Origin: Octopus vulgaris | Lineage: Eukaryota | DNA length: 64,000 bases | Direction: 5' to 3' | Assembly (NCBI GenBank): GCA_951406725.2 | Contig: OX597823.1 | Location: 71,672,001 to 71,736,000 of the forward strand | Position numbers and translations under genes: made by a program | Notes under the pieces: generated by a model | What the model saw: the letters and a program-made list of their open reading frames with translations, nothing else | What the model was told of the DNA's origin: nothing | Databases searched by the model: none | Part shown: positions 12,776-25,316 of the stretch, one piece after another | Layout of the letters: each line of letters starts with the position of its first letter | Position numbering within the stretch: position 1 is the stretch's first letter

Positions 12776-14570
12776 TTGAATTGAACTAGTTTCAGCTCAC
12801 GAGCTGTGGCCATGGTGGGGCATTGCCATTTGGTGTTGCTGCATAATTTTTACTTCACTAATTGTTTTTAGAAATTAACGTGTTTGGTACATGAGGGAGT
12901 GTGATGCCACTGCCATCATTTGGACTTCCTACTTCATTTGGTTCATCTGGGACACTTGACAGTAAAAGATCTAGTTTCGTTTTGAAGACACTTACATCTC
13001 CCTCCCTCATATAGGTCTCTCATGTCCTTCTGTAGGATATTGAAGAGCCGTGAGCCTCTAAAGCCCAGGCTGTTGCAATATCGTTTCCTATATTTTGATG
13101 GCAAAGTTGGAGTCAGTGGTACCCTGTTCTAGCATTAGGGTAACTTTTGATGCCAAAGTTTGGGACAAATCTCTCTAGGATCTTCCAGATATATATTATA
13201 GCTTGTCTTTCTTGCCTGCATTCTAAGGAATAGAGTCTTAATCTCTTGAGTCTTTCCCAGTAGCTTATATGCTGCATAGAGACTATCTTTTTTGTGTATC
13301 TTCATTAGATTGCCTCAAGTTCTGCAATTAATTTTACACTGGTTGGTGACCACAGCTGGTAACAATAGTCAAAGCAGCTTAGGACAAGTGTTCTCCAGGG
13401 GACCATCATGAATTCCTGATCTTTCATTCTAAAAGTTCTAAGAATCCATCCATTCAGCCGCTTGCATTTCATTGCCATCTTTGCAACAGTCACATGGAAG
13501 GATGCATTATTACTCAGATAAATGCCCAGGTCTCACACTGACTGTGTCTCTGGGATTGCAATCTCTTCAGGTCCAGTGTATTTAATTGGTATTGCATTTA
13601 GTTTGGCATGATGAGAGCACAAGGCTTAAAACTTTTCAGCATTAAACTTATCCTGACTGGGTTTCCTCTGAGTGAACCATCTTTTTTTGAGGAGTGGCCC
13701 TACCCTGCAGTGCACTGAGGCTGTTTCTTTGGTAAACTTGTAGAAGGCTCTAGGGTTAGATTTTATGTTGTCTATAGCTCAGACTTCTTTTGTCTGCTCT
13801 TTCTTTTTCATGGGAATGTTGCAGATTCTTTTCAATCTCCAGCAGTTCTATTTTCAATTGGGATTTTTCACTGCTTTCAATTTGTTTGTATACGTGATTT
13901 GAAATTTTTGTATGCTGTCTCATAAGAATTTTCCTCACCCTGGGGATTTTGCTCTTGTGTACCGTGGCCTTTCTATCCAGGACACGTTTGTAGCATATGA
14001 CTTGCATTACAGTGAGGAGAGACATTTAGGCTAGTTTTGTTTGAGGATCACTTTCTCAATTTGTTTCTAGTTTGCCTTATGGAAGTTCAAGCTGGAAAGA
14101 TTCTGAGAGTTTCTTATAGGCTGCATGTCCATGCTTTCCTTTGGTTTGTACATGGTCAGCTCTACCATGTTGTGATCCAAGAGTAGCGTCGATGTCACTT
14201 TCACATTATGGATGAGATCCATATTATTTGTGAAGCAGAGATCCAGTATGTTACCTGCCCTGGTTGGTTGGAGTACTATTTTTTCCTTGTACAAAGTGTT
14301 GATGAGGTTCAGGAGGGACTTCACCTGCTCTTGTTCGCAAAGAGCCATTCCTGGGAGAGAAAGACCCTCAGGCCATCCAATATTGGGCAGATTGAAGTCT
14401 CCCATAAAAAGTACACATATGTGTTGTTCTAATGTAACAAGAACTTCTATTTTTGTAAGGCAGTCTTCGAACTTGTCTGCATGATTTGGAGCATCTGGAG
14501 GGTGATATGTAGTACATATAACTACATTGAGTTGTCTTAGTGTGTGACATACTGAATTTAAGTGTGACAA
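12775..14570 (-). mobile_element. CR1/L2-like LINE relic with internal deletion
   Basis: AP-endonuclease motifs YHPPD, MGDFNLP, PTRAGNILDLCFTN (14067-14570); C-terminal motif GWILRTF...DYCYQLWSP (13305-13493); 3' end near 12775; reverse transcriptase core absent. Confidence 0.85.
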
Positions 14571-15299
14571 AAGGGCCTAGGGTGTGAGGTCTTATCCTAA
14601 TTCTGATGCGCAGTCTATATGATCTTTTTACTCTTTCGTTTTTCTCTCTTTCTTTCTCTTATTCTTTTACTTCCTCTATGGGGTAGGTGGTAGTAGAGGG
14701 AAGAGCATTGGGTGGTAATTGGAGGGTGGTCAGATGTTGGGTTTGTGAATAGGTGTCAAGGTTTAGAGATAATAGCTATAGAATTACTGGAAGTTGAGAT
14801 AGTGAGAAAAGGGATGGCAATTATTTGAGAGATGGAAAGTGTCTAATTCAGTGGTGGTGGGAGATTACTATGGTATGTAGAAAGGTATGAGAGAAGATAG
14901 AGGGAAGTGGACAGAGTGGGGTTGGGGGGGCGTGAGTTGGTGGTCAAGATAGCAGTGGTTAGTACAATAATGAAAGTGGGTTGGTAATAGGAGTACTGAG
15001 GTATGCAGAGGTGTATGAAATTGAATAGAGGGAAGTGAATAGGGAGGGAGGGAGAGGTTAATATGTTAGCAGCTAATTGAGTGGAGTAGTTTCAAGTGCT
15101 TTTGCCTGAAGAAGAAGAATGAAAGAATGGGAAAAGAATGCCACTTCTGGGGATGGGGAGGGTGAGAGGAATTTAAAAAGGTAATCATGAGAAGGAATAA
15201 TTTAGTAGGAAGGGTGGTATTAATGGAGGGGGTTAAGTTTCTAGTTGTATTCCAAGGTTAATTATAATTAAGGATAATTATAGTTATGGGATTACATAG

Positions 15300-17090
15300 A
15301 TTTGACAAAATGGGCAAAGGATGAATAGCACCTGTATTTACAAGAGAGTATTACATTTGAGAATCTATTTGGTAGTGAGGGGTTGTGGTTGTGAAGGATG
15401 GTTAGTGATTCTCTTAAACACAATTTACAATTACCAAGGTTTGTGTTATATGTGGTGACCTAATTTATGATGGACCAGGGTGGGGTATGAGGAGCATTTT
15501 AGGATTTGAAGTTGTGTATATAAATTGCTAAGTAGGTAGATAATTTAGAATTTGGATTGGAGAAAGAGTTCATGTGTGCTCGGTAGCACCACTTGAAATC
15601 AACAATGCTGCTGATACAAACCCTTGCTTGGTAGGAGCATGGTGCCTTAAGTCAGCATTTGCAGACTACATTTTTGCACCAATAGAAACCTCCAAGTGGG
15701 CAGATTTGAGAAACCCCGCAGTTGGAAGTTTTCCTGCTTACTCCTTGCTTTGAGTTTACTGCTGGGGAGGTCAGGTTCCTTTGGTCTATATTACTAAAGA
15801 AAAACTGGAGGTATAATCAGTATCAGTGTTGGATTGGGAGGGGGTATCACAGCTAGTATATTTGATCATATGGGTAGTACTGTGGGGAGATGCCTTAAGG
15901 TTGTTGTTATTGAATTGAGTGGGGTCACTAAGGGTTGTATTATTGTCACTAGGTGGGTTAAGGTGGGGTGGAGTGAGATAGATTAAAGATTGTAAGGATG
16001 GGTACTGTAGTTTGTTAACGGATGCCGTTATGGATCCCAAATTAGGCATGGTAGAATAGATTTTAACAGATGCTTTATTGAAGATAGGGTAGTATTTATG
16101 CTGTGGTGGGAAGTTAGAGTTGAGGATTTTAAAGAAACGCCTGAGTAGAGATTTAATTTGGAAGGAGAAATAGGTGAACCATAGAATCTTGTGCTTCCTG
16201 CCCTTAGAATGTTTCAAATGGGTGGAAGAAAGATCGGTGGATTCAGGGTTAGAATTAGGGAAGAGATGTACAATTTTTGATTTAAGTGTAGTGTGGGAGA
16301 TATAAGAAATTTTTTCATGGAAGCCGCTTATCTGGAGAGCCTGATTATAATATGGGGCATGACTGCTAAAAATTTCTTTGTTAGCAGGTAAGTTAGAGAT
16401 TCTGGCAGAAATGTTTGTGACTGTACTATTAAGGGTAAGTTTAAGTTGGTTTGGTAGGATGTCAATATATTGTAATGGTTAGTTGGGCTTATGAAAAGGG
16501 TGATATAGATTTGTATTTAAATCCAGAGTAACATCTAAGAAATGGGCCACTTTAGTGTCATTTTCGAATGAGATAATTGGATTATAATTTTAAAAATGTT
16601 TATGCATGGCTTTCTGAGTACGTTCAACAAAAGATCAAGATAATCCAGTTGCTGTAAGGAGTGTATCATCCCTCTAGAGCCCTCCAAAGAGATTGGAGAA
16701 GTCTTGATTAATTTAGGACAGAAGGAGTAAGTCAACTGAGCTGGGTCAGAGGAGCCCATGGTTATATCGAAGAAATTGATAGATGAGTTGCAGGTCCAGT
16801 AATTACCCTTAAAGTGAATCAGTGTTTTCCTAGCAGCCAGGATGATGTTAATGTCAGATTAAGAAATAAGTGCATAAGTTAAAGTGAAGATTAAGGCTTT
16901 ATTTAAAAGAATATGTGATATGGAAGAATAGTAATTAAAGGTGTCAAACTGAAGGAAATAGGTGTACTGTTTATCAAGAAGAGAGTGGAACCAGGTGATG
17001 ACATCACCAGTGCAATTTCAAAATGGAAGGTTAACCTTAGTCCTAACTAGGGGTTGAATTTAGTCAATAATGCTTATACTAATTCTGATT
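15300..17090 (-). mobile_element. Penelope-like element relic (reverse transcriptase and GIY-YIG region, many disablements)
   Basis: FDITMGSSD (RT motif), KILWF...NFPPQHKYYPIFNKASVKIYSTMPN (typical Penelope thumb/linker), CPLGG and YRAHMNSF-like GIY-YIG remnants near 15500-15720. Confidence 0.75.
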
Positions 17091-17195
17091 TAGTGGGGCA
17101 GATCAGTCTAATAGAAGGTTTGGTGGAAAGTGGATGTTAAATGACAATGCCGACGATGATGATACATATACACACACACACAATAAAAAACATAT

Positions 17196-17255
<60 letters not shown>

Positions 17256-17827
17256 CAAATACACACACATGCACACATTATATACATATATATTATACAC
17301 ACATTGTATACATACATACGTGTGTGTGTGTGTGTGCATGTCTTCAGCATAACTTCACCCTTTTTTTAAACCTTTCTACATATTTACTTTTCTCCTCTGC
17401 TTACATTACATTTGTCATTGTAGCTAGCATAATTATAGTTTACCAAAATTTTATGTAGCTCCAGTAACAACCACCTCAGCAACTTAACAACATTCTCTGA
17501 TTGCAATAGACGAGTGTTTCTTTTTATTTACATACCCCAAACATTTATTTGTGACCTGTCTGAAAATACTTGAGGAGAACACTTCATTAGAACTGGTATT
17601 TCTGAAGATGTCCCTCTTGTTCAATGTGACAACTAGGTCAGTTTGTAGTTTTAGGGTGGAGTGGTCATTACAATGATTGTAATTAGGGGGTTAATTAAGT
17701 GCTTTCTTTTCCAAAGTATTTGTTTTTCAAATAATAGCATAAAACACAAAATTTTGGTTATCTTATAGTAACATAAAGATACATTCTGATTATATGAGTC
17801 AGTCTTGTTTTACATATATACATATAC

Positions 17828-17920
<93 letters not shown>

Positions 17921-18105
17921 ACTAAGGATAAGATCGTTAATTTAAATATTAATACAGCACTGGTGGTGTATGAACATTTAATGTGATTTTAGAGTCAGGT
18001 TTTTGGCTGCTATTTCCATCGTGGTGGTATCTCTTAGATACCCTAAATTATAATTTTAATAATAAAAATTATAAATCTGGCACTACACACACACACACAT
18101 ATATA

Positions 18106-19711
18106 CAGTTGCGGCCAAAATGTTCAGAACGGCATTGTTTTCGTCAGAAAAGTAGATATAATTTTTTATCAAAGTTGTTTTGTATTCTATAATTTTCACA
18201 GACAATAAATACGATATTATTTGCTATTGCCTGAGATTTTGGTGTAATTTGAGAGAATAATACAAAAGTTATCGATGATTTAGTGATTTACTGCAAAACC
18301 CATGGCAGCCAAAATGATCAGAACTCCGTGTTTTAGTATATTTAACCGGCGAACTCTAATGTTTTGAATTTGTTTACGTGACGGTTCGTTTACTAAACAT
18401 TAGTAAGAATATTTGCAGTGTACTTTGTTAATATAATGCCACTTATTCTGTTACCAATTCGTCAGCAGATTATTAAGCTTCGAAGGAAGGATAATTTAAG
18501 TATTGGATCTATTACAAAGATTGTTAACAAGTCAAAGAGTGTTGTACATGGTATTCTTAAGGTCTACGATGATTGTGGTTTGTGTGAAGCAAGAAAGTTT
18601 ACAGGTAGGCCAAGAAAAACGACCAAGAGAGAAGATCGTGCTATGGTAAAGTTGGTTAAAAAGGACAGATTTAAAACTGCTGCTACTGTTTCTCGGAAAA
18701 TGAGCATTGTATTGAAGAAAACTTTATCTCGAAAACCTGTGTCTCGTCGTTTAGTTGAACATGACCTACAAGCAAGAGCACCTGCAGTGAAGCCACTGAT
18801 CAGCTCCAAGAATAAAAAGTGTCATCTTACCTTTGTAACTGAACATGTGTTGTGGTCTCAAGAAAAATGGCAAATGGTGCATTTCAGTGATGAATCTAAG
18901 TTTATGCTATTTGGCTTAGAAGGTACGTTCGTAGAAAAGTAGGTGAAAAATTGTTGCCTAAATGCCTTAAGACTAGTGTTAAATTCGGTGGAGGAAGTGT
19001 CATGGTTTGGGGAATGATATCAGGAGATGGTGTGGGCCCTTTGGTGCGATTACATGGAAAGTTAAATGCAGGAGTTTATAAACAACTTGTAAAAGATCAT
19101 GTCTTGCCTGTGCTGAGAAATTCAACTAAGCGACCACCCATATTCATGCAGGACAATGCCCCATGTCACAAGGCTACGGTGGTCATGAACTTCCTCAAGG
19201 CTGAAAAGGTTATTGTTACAGATTGGCCAGCTCAAAGCCCAGATCTCAATCCTAAGATGTGTGGAATATTCTAGGAGAACGTTTGAAAGCCAGAAATCCT
19301 AAAACAACAGAGCAATTATGGAATGCCCTTCAGGAAGAATGGAATAAGATCACCCAGCAATAAATTGAAAATTTAATTTCCTCATGCAGTCGAAGATGTC
19401 AGAGTGTGATTGAAGCTAAAGGGCTTCACACTAAATATTAAATAATTCCAGTATTCTCTGTCATTTTTGATCATTTTGTTATTTTTTCAACCGTTCTGAT
19501 CATTTTGGCCGCCATGGGTTTTGCAGTAAATCACTAAATCATCCATAACTTTTGTGTTATCCTCTCAAATTACACCTAAATCTCAGACAATAACAATTAA
19601 TATTGTATTTATTGTCTGTGAAAATTATAGAATATAAAACACCTTTGATGAAAAATTATATCTACTTTTCTGACGAAAACAATGCCGTTCTGAACATTTT
19701 GGCCGCAACTG
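18106..19711 (+). mobile_element. Full-length Tc1 transposon of IR/DR type
   Basis: TA|CAGTTG...CAACTG|TA; 219-bp inverted repeats 18106-18324 and 19493-19711, each with inner and outer direct repeats gc(g/a)gccaaaatg(t/a)tcagaac. Confidence 0.95.
18436..19440 (+). pseudogene. Tc1 DD34E-type transposase, disrupted
   Basis: GRPRK AT-hook, FSDESKF, GGGSVMVWG, FMQDNAPCH, WPAQSPDLNP, C-terminal GLHTKY*; frameshifts near 18925 and 19255, in-frame TAA at 19361; start position approximate. Confidence 0.9.
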
Positions 19712-19740
19712 TATATATGTATGTGTGTGTGTGTGTGTGT

Positions 19741-19947
19741 AGTGCCAGATTTACCATTGTGCTTAGATGTGCTTAAGCACAGGCACCTATTCACCAGAGG
19801 CCCCCTCTTCCTGCCCACCAAATATTTTATGATGAAGTTTTCAAATGTCAAACACTCAAATAAGGGGCCTCAAATGTCAAATGCTCCAAATAAGGTGCCT
19901 CATAACTCAACAAGCACAGGGCCTCATTTGTCCTAAATCCAGCACTG
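19741..19947. mobile_element. Small MITE with hAT-like termini
   Basis: agtgccagattta ... taaatccagcactg, a 13-bp inverted repeat with 2 mismatches. Confidence 0.55.
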
Positions 19948-19959
19948 TATATAATTCCG

Positions 19960-20125
19960 TCTTCCCTTCTCTGGATCTTTCCTTTTCCTATGATTCTGAC
20001 GAAGATCTCCACTTGAAACGTAAAACCCTCCTTCTGCTCTTCCTTCCTGAGCGTCCGATAATACTATATTTGTTCCATGTCCTCGCGTTGTTGTGTTTTT
20101 TCTTTGTGTTTTCATGTCTGGATTA

Positions 20126-20130
<5 letters not shown>
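19960..20130 (+). mobile_element. Probable Penelope-type terminal fragment ending at (TA)n
   Basis: ctgacga...gaaacgta motif then a pyrimidine-rich tail abutting (TA)n; related fragments at 20480-20620(-) and 48066-48188. Confidence 0.5.
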
Positions 20131-20170
<40 letters not shown>

Positions 20171-20373
20171 CAAATTAGAGTTGTAAGTGAATGTATGAGG
20201 TTGACATTCAGTTTAAGATGGAAAAAGGAGGGTGTGTGTTTTGAGCATGACTGTTCATCAGAAAGAGAAAAGAATAGTCCAATAAATGCACATGTGGTTA
20301 TAGAAATAAATCTGTATGTGCATGCACATGTATGTATAAACAGAGTTGTTAGAGTAATGGGTAGAATGTCTTG

Positions 20374-20408
<35 letters not shown>

Positions 20409-20410
20409 TG

Positions 20411-20469
<59 letters not shown>

Positions 20470-21210
20470 ATATAGTTCAAATTTATAGCAAACAAAAGCA
20501 AAAGTTGAAGACAGGTGAAGGATCAACAAGCAGGTGTATTAGTTTAATGCTTGGGAAGATTGGAAAAGTTTTCGACATTTTGAGCCTATGCTCTTTGACA
20601 GAAAGGATTGAAAGGGAAAAAATGGAGGGCGAATGAATTAACATCCATATCCCATGCTGGTATAGATTGGATGGTTTGACAGAATCCAATGGGCCCAAGA
20701 ACTGTATCATGCTCCAATGTCTACTTTGGCATGGTTTCTATGGTAATATGCCCTTTGGAAAATCAACAACTTTATGTCATGTACTGGAGGCATTTTCCTT
20801 GCAACCAACACTAGCGAGAATGTTATGCATTTTGTAAGACTGTAAATCTTGGGATGAGAGTAGGGCAACTTTATGCTAGGAGACAAAATGGCAAATGGTG
20901 GGTAGAGGTATGAGAGGAGGGGCCAGAGCAGGACAGGTTTTTTGTTATAAAAGTAGCTACATGACTACTCACATTTTAGAAGCAAGTGTGGGAGTGATCA
21001 AGTGGAGCCCAGGGATTGATGGTGGGGAGGGGCTGTAGGAAATGATTGACAGTGGTGAGTAGCAGAATAGCAATGCTGAAACAGTGGTCAGAGGGGTGGT
21101 GTAGGACAGGTTGCAGGAATGAGTGTATATGTGTATATCTAACTGCCTACCTGCCTGCTTGTCTGTCTGTCTGTCTCTGTCTGCCTATCTATCTGTCTGT
21201 TTATCTCTCC

Positions 21211-21274
<64 letters not shown>

Positions 21275-21278
21275 GTGA

Positions 21279-21312
<34 letters not shown>

Positions 21313-21869
21313 TTATTACATCCCTATATATGTACATGCATAAATATTCAATCTTAGACCACCCATGTTAACAGATGTCTTGAATAATTAGGTATTACAT
21401 GAATTTTCCTCTTTCTCTTGCCTCTCTTAATCCTTTTTCTTCTCTTTGGTAAAAAGAAACACCTGAAACATTAGATACTTCTTCTTTTGACATATTTAAG
21501 TTCATTGTACATTTATTTGTTTGTTTGCTATGTTGATGATTTATAATTCTACACTTTTTTTAGTAATGTGTTTTCACTTGTCTGACGCCATACACATCTA
21601 TATACTTATATACAAACGCATGTATTTTTTGTGTGTTTGTGTACATCTGCAATCATTTGTATAATTGTTCAGCATTTCTCCTGTCACCGAATCATCCAGA
21701 CAGTGTATTTGTGTATTTGTGCAGCCCTTGCGAGCACAGAGAAGTGATAATAAATCAAATGAATATATTTGTGTGAGTGCATGCGAGTGTGTGTGTGTGT
21801 GTGTGTGAGTGCATGCGAGTGTGTGTGTGTGTGTGTGTGAGTGCATGCGAGTGTGAGTGTGTGTGACTG

Positions 21870-22381
21870 TGTGATCCCCTTCGGTCATGACTGACCGTGG
21901 GATTGCACCTAGAAAGTTACCCTCCCAGGCACAAGTCTGGGTAAGGTGGTTTATGGAAGACCAGCAGTCGCCCATGCATACTGGCCTCCCCTCTTCATGG
22001 CACCGATGTTTTCCAAGGGAAAGGCAAAGGCCGATACAGCTTAGCACCAGTGATGACGTAGCTCATTTATTAATATCCAAGTGGCTGAGAACTCCACAGA
22101 CACGTGTACCCATAACGTAGTTCTCGGGGAAATTCAGTGTGACACAGAGTGTGGCAAGGCTGGCCCTTTGAAATACAGGTACAACTGAAACAGGAAGAAA
22201 GAGTGAGAGAAAGTTGTGGTGAAAGAGTACAGCAGGGTTCACCACCACCCCCTGCCGAAGCCTCATGGAGCTTTAGGTGTTCTCGCTCAATAAACACTCA
22301 CAATGCCTGGTCTGGGAATCGAAACCATGATCCTACGACCACGAGTCCACTGTCCTAACCACTGGACCATTGTACCTCCAC
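21870..22381 (-). mobile_element. tRNA-headed SINE, long mosaic form (family E head)
   Basis: Minus-strand head gtggaggtacaatggtccagtggttagg...tttcgattccc, shared with 36120-36428 and 54410-54710 but with a different 3' body. Confidence 0.75.
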
Positions 22382-22879
22382 ATATGAGTGTGTATTTGTA
22401 TGTAATTAGTCGTGTACGACATTAAACAACCAAAGTATAATGACAAACACAGTTGTCCACAAATAATGATACGAGTGGGTGTCCAATAATGTGAAAGAAA
22501 CTTCTGGAAGCATTTTACCTCTTCTTAGAGGCTTCCTCAGTCTATTCATAACTTGCAAAATTAAATATGATACGCTTGTATTTCTCTTCCTCCCTGCTAA
22601 CAATTGTATGCAGGTAAGTGGATATACACTATGGGGCAAGTGGACAGCAGGACACCAGTTCAAAGGAAGAACTCCAGAATGCAGGTGTCCTCCTGCTGTT
22701 TTTGAAATGCTATATAATATTTCTACACGCTTCCAGTTTTTCCTTCAGTGTTTTGGTGAATTGTACCATCAAGCTTAGTCTTGGCTCCTGCATTGCTTGC
22801 TGGAGGAAATTTGATTCTAGGACATCCAGTTTGCATCTCAACAGAAGCTTCATTTGCTTGGATATACTTGGCACTGTAG

Positions 22880-23109
22880 GGCGGCGGGCTGGCAGAAACG
22901 TTAGCACGCCGGGCGAAATGCATAGCTGTATTTCGTCTGTCGTTATGTTCCGAGTTCAAATTCCACCGAGGTCGACTTTGCCTTTCATTCTTTCGGGGTC
23001 GATAAATTAAGTACCAGTTATGCACTGGGGTTGATGTAATCGACTTAATCCCTTTGTCTTTCCTTGTTTGTCCCCTCTATGTTTAGCCCCTTGTGGGTAG
23101 TAAAGAGAT
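22880..23109 (+). mobile_element. SINE family B, full copy with 18-bp target duplication
   Basis: atatacttggcactgtag at 22862-22879 and 23110-23127. Confidence 0.9.
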
Positions 23110-24342
23110 ATATACTTGGCACTGTAGATTTTGTCATGGCCCAGGTATTCCGATACCTTTACCTTTATACACTGAGTGCTACTCTGAGTTATTGGTTGAG
23201 AGGCATATCTTGTCTTTGATGAATCTTCACTCCTCTTTCTGGGAGTTGAATCTCTGTTCTCAGACACAAGGGTAGTCTGTTGTTCAGAAATTATAGTTCT
23301 TTATACTGCCCTAGTCTGGTCTTGATTATCGTCTGAGGATTCACCACCCCCACCCCTTTCAGGGAATCCTGGGGACATTTTCCTTTATCTGAATTTAATA
23401 TACTCACTGAACAAATTACTTCTTTTTCTTTCTTCTTTTCTTTTACTTGTTTCAGTCATTAGAGTGTGGCCATGCTGGGGCATCAACTTGAAGAATGTTA
23501 GTCAAACTAATTGCTGCCAGTGCTTATTTTCTTTTTTTTTAAGCCTGGTATTTATTCTATCAGTCTCTTTTGCCGAACTGCTAAGTTCAGGGACATAAAC
23601 ATACTAACGCTGGTTGTCAAGTGATGATGGGGGACAAACAGACACAAACACACCCACACACACATATATGACAGGCTTCTTTCAGTTTCTATCAACTAGA
23701 TCCACTTACAAGGTTTAGTCCTCCTGAGGGTATAGTAGAAGACACTTGCTCAAGGTTCCATGCAATGGGACTGAACCCGGAACCATGCTATTTGGAAGCA
23801 AACATCATACCACACAGCCATACCTGCACCTACATATTAATACTTTTCTAATTATAAATCATTCTAAAAACAGAACATTGTAAATTATATCCATAAATAC
23901 ACAGGAATTTGTAGTATTCATTACTGACACAGCAGCAGCACATGTCCACCTGGGCAGCAAACTAGTATTGATGACTCTGTTAGTCGACATTTTGCAGCTG
24001 CACTATATTGACTATCAGCCTACTACTACTACTACAATCACCACAATAACGATGATTTAGTTTTGAAGTACGAGGCCATTTATAGAAGAGAAGTATGCTC
24101 TGTTGAAATTAGTCTTGTATGTCATTAGTGCTTATTTTCTTTAACACTAGTGAAGTTTGAAAATAATACTTGACTATTGGGAAGGTGAAGCTGTTAGCAG
24201 TTAGTAAATATTATAACTAACTGGTTGGTAAGTGATTTGGTAAATATAGTTTCTAACTAGTAATACTGCAAGTAAATGTGAATACCACAAAGACCATCTT
24301 GAGGATGCCATGAGTTTAGTTTATTTCGAGAAATAAAACTAT

Positions 24343-24346
<4 letters not shown>

Positions 24347-24401
<55 letters not shown>

Positions 24402-24409
24402 TAATAATA

Positions 24410-24454
<45 letters not shown>

Positions 24455-24550
24455 GTGGTGATGGTGGTGGTGGTGGTGGTGGTGGTGGTGGTGGTGGTGG
24501 TGGTGGTGACGATGACAATGACAACAGCAACAACAACAACAGCAACAACC
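24347..24550. repeat. Compound trinucleotide microsatellite (AAT)n(GAT)n(GGT)n...(CAA)n
   Basis: Read directly; source of the poly-H/P/M/V pseudo-ORFs. Confidence 0.97.
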
Positions 24551-25261
24551 TATGTCCTGATGCAATACCAGGCACTGGCTCTCATGGCTTCTGACCTTAA
24601 CCGATTGGAAGTGTTATCATGTACGTGTTTTGTCTTGGAATATAAAAAAGATAAAATAGGCTATAGCAAATATTCTGCCCAATACCACAGATTTCCTTGT
24701 TGGCTGTTTCACCTTAACCAATCCAGTATGTCCCTTGGTGGCTGACATTATGTGCATCTCTCATCTCGGGCAGGAGTTGGGGGAGCATCATAGCTATGTG
24801 TTGAGAGGAATTCTTTAGGGTTTGAATAATTCACCTCTGGAAACATGGGTGTTTCATTCAACATCCTTAAACAACCCTAATTCAGTGACCTTCTGAACAG
24901 GATGGGCTGCTTGATCTGAAGAACATTCTAACTGGGCCCCACCTGCAAGGTCATGCACTGTTTATCTTGATACGAGATCACCATGTTGTGCACATATGAC
25001 TGTGATACATGTACCTGGTGTATCCTTATCCAACAGGTAGTCATGATGGGTATATTGTGCTTCGTATACCCCCAGTGTCACTTTGATGATATGCATTGCT
25101 CTCTTACTCAATTATAGTAATGATAATAATACACTCCCATCGAAAGCAGTGTATGATCATTCAGCTTTTGTGAATGGATTTGGTAGACAGAAACTGAAGG
25201 AAACCCCTCATATTATATATATATATACATATATATATATGTGTGTGTGTATATATTTATG

Positions 25262-25312
<51 letters not shown>

Positions 25313-25316
<4 letters not shown>

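Noticed and set aside
24257-24745. Poly-His, poly-Pro and poly-Met ORFs
   Set aside because: Compound trinucleotide microsatellite, open in several frames by construction.
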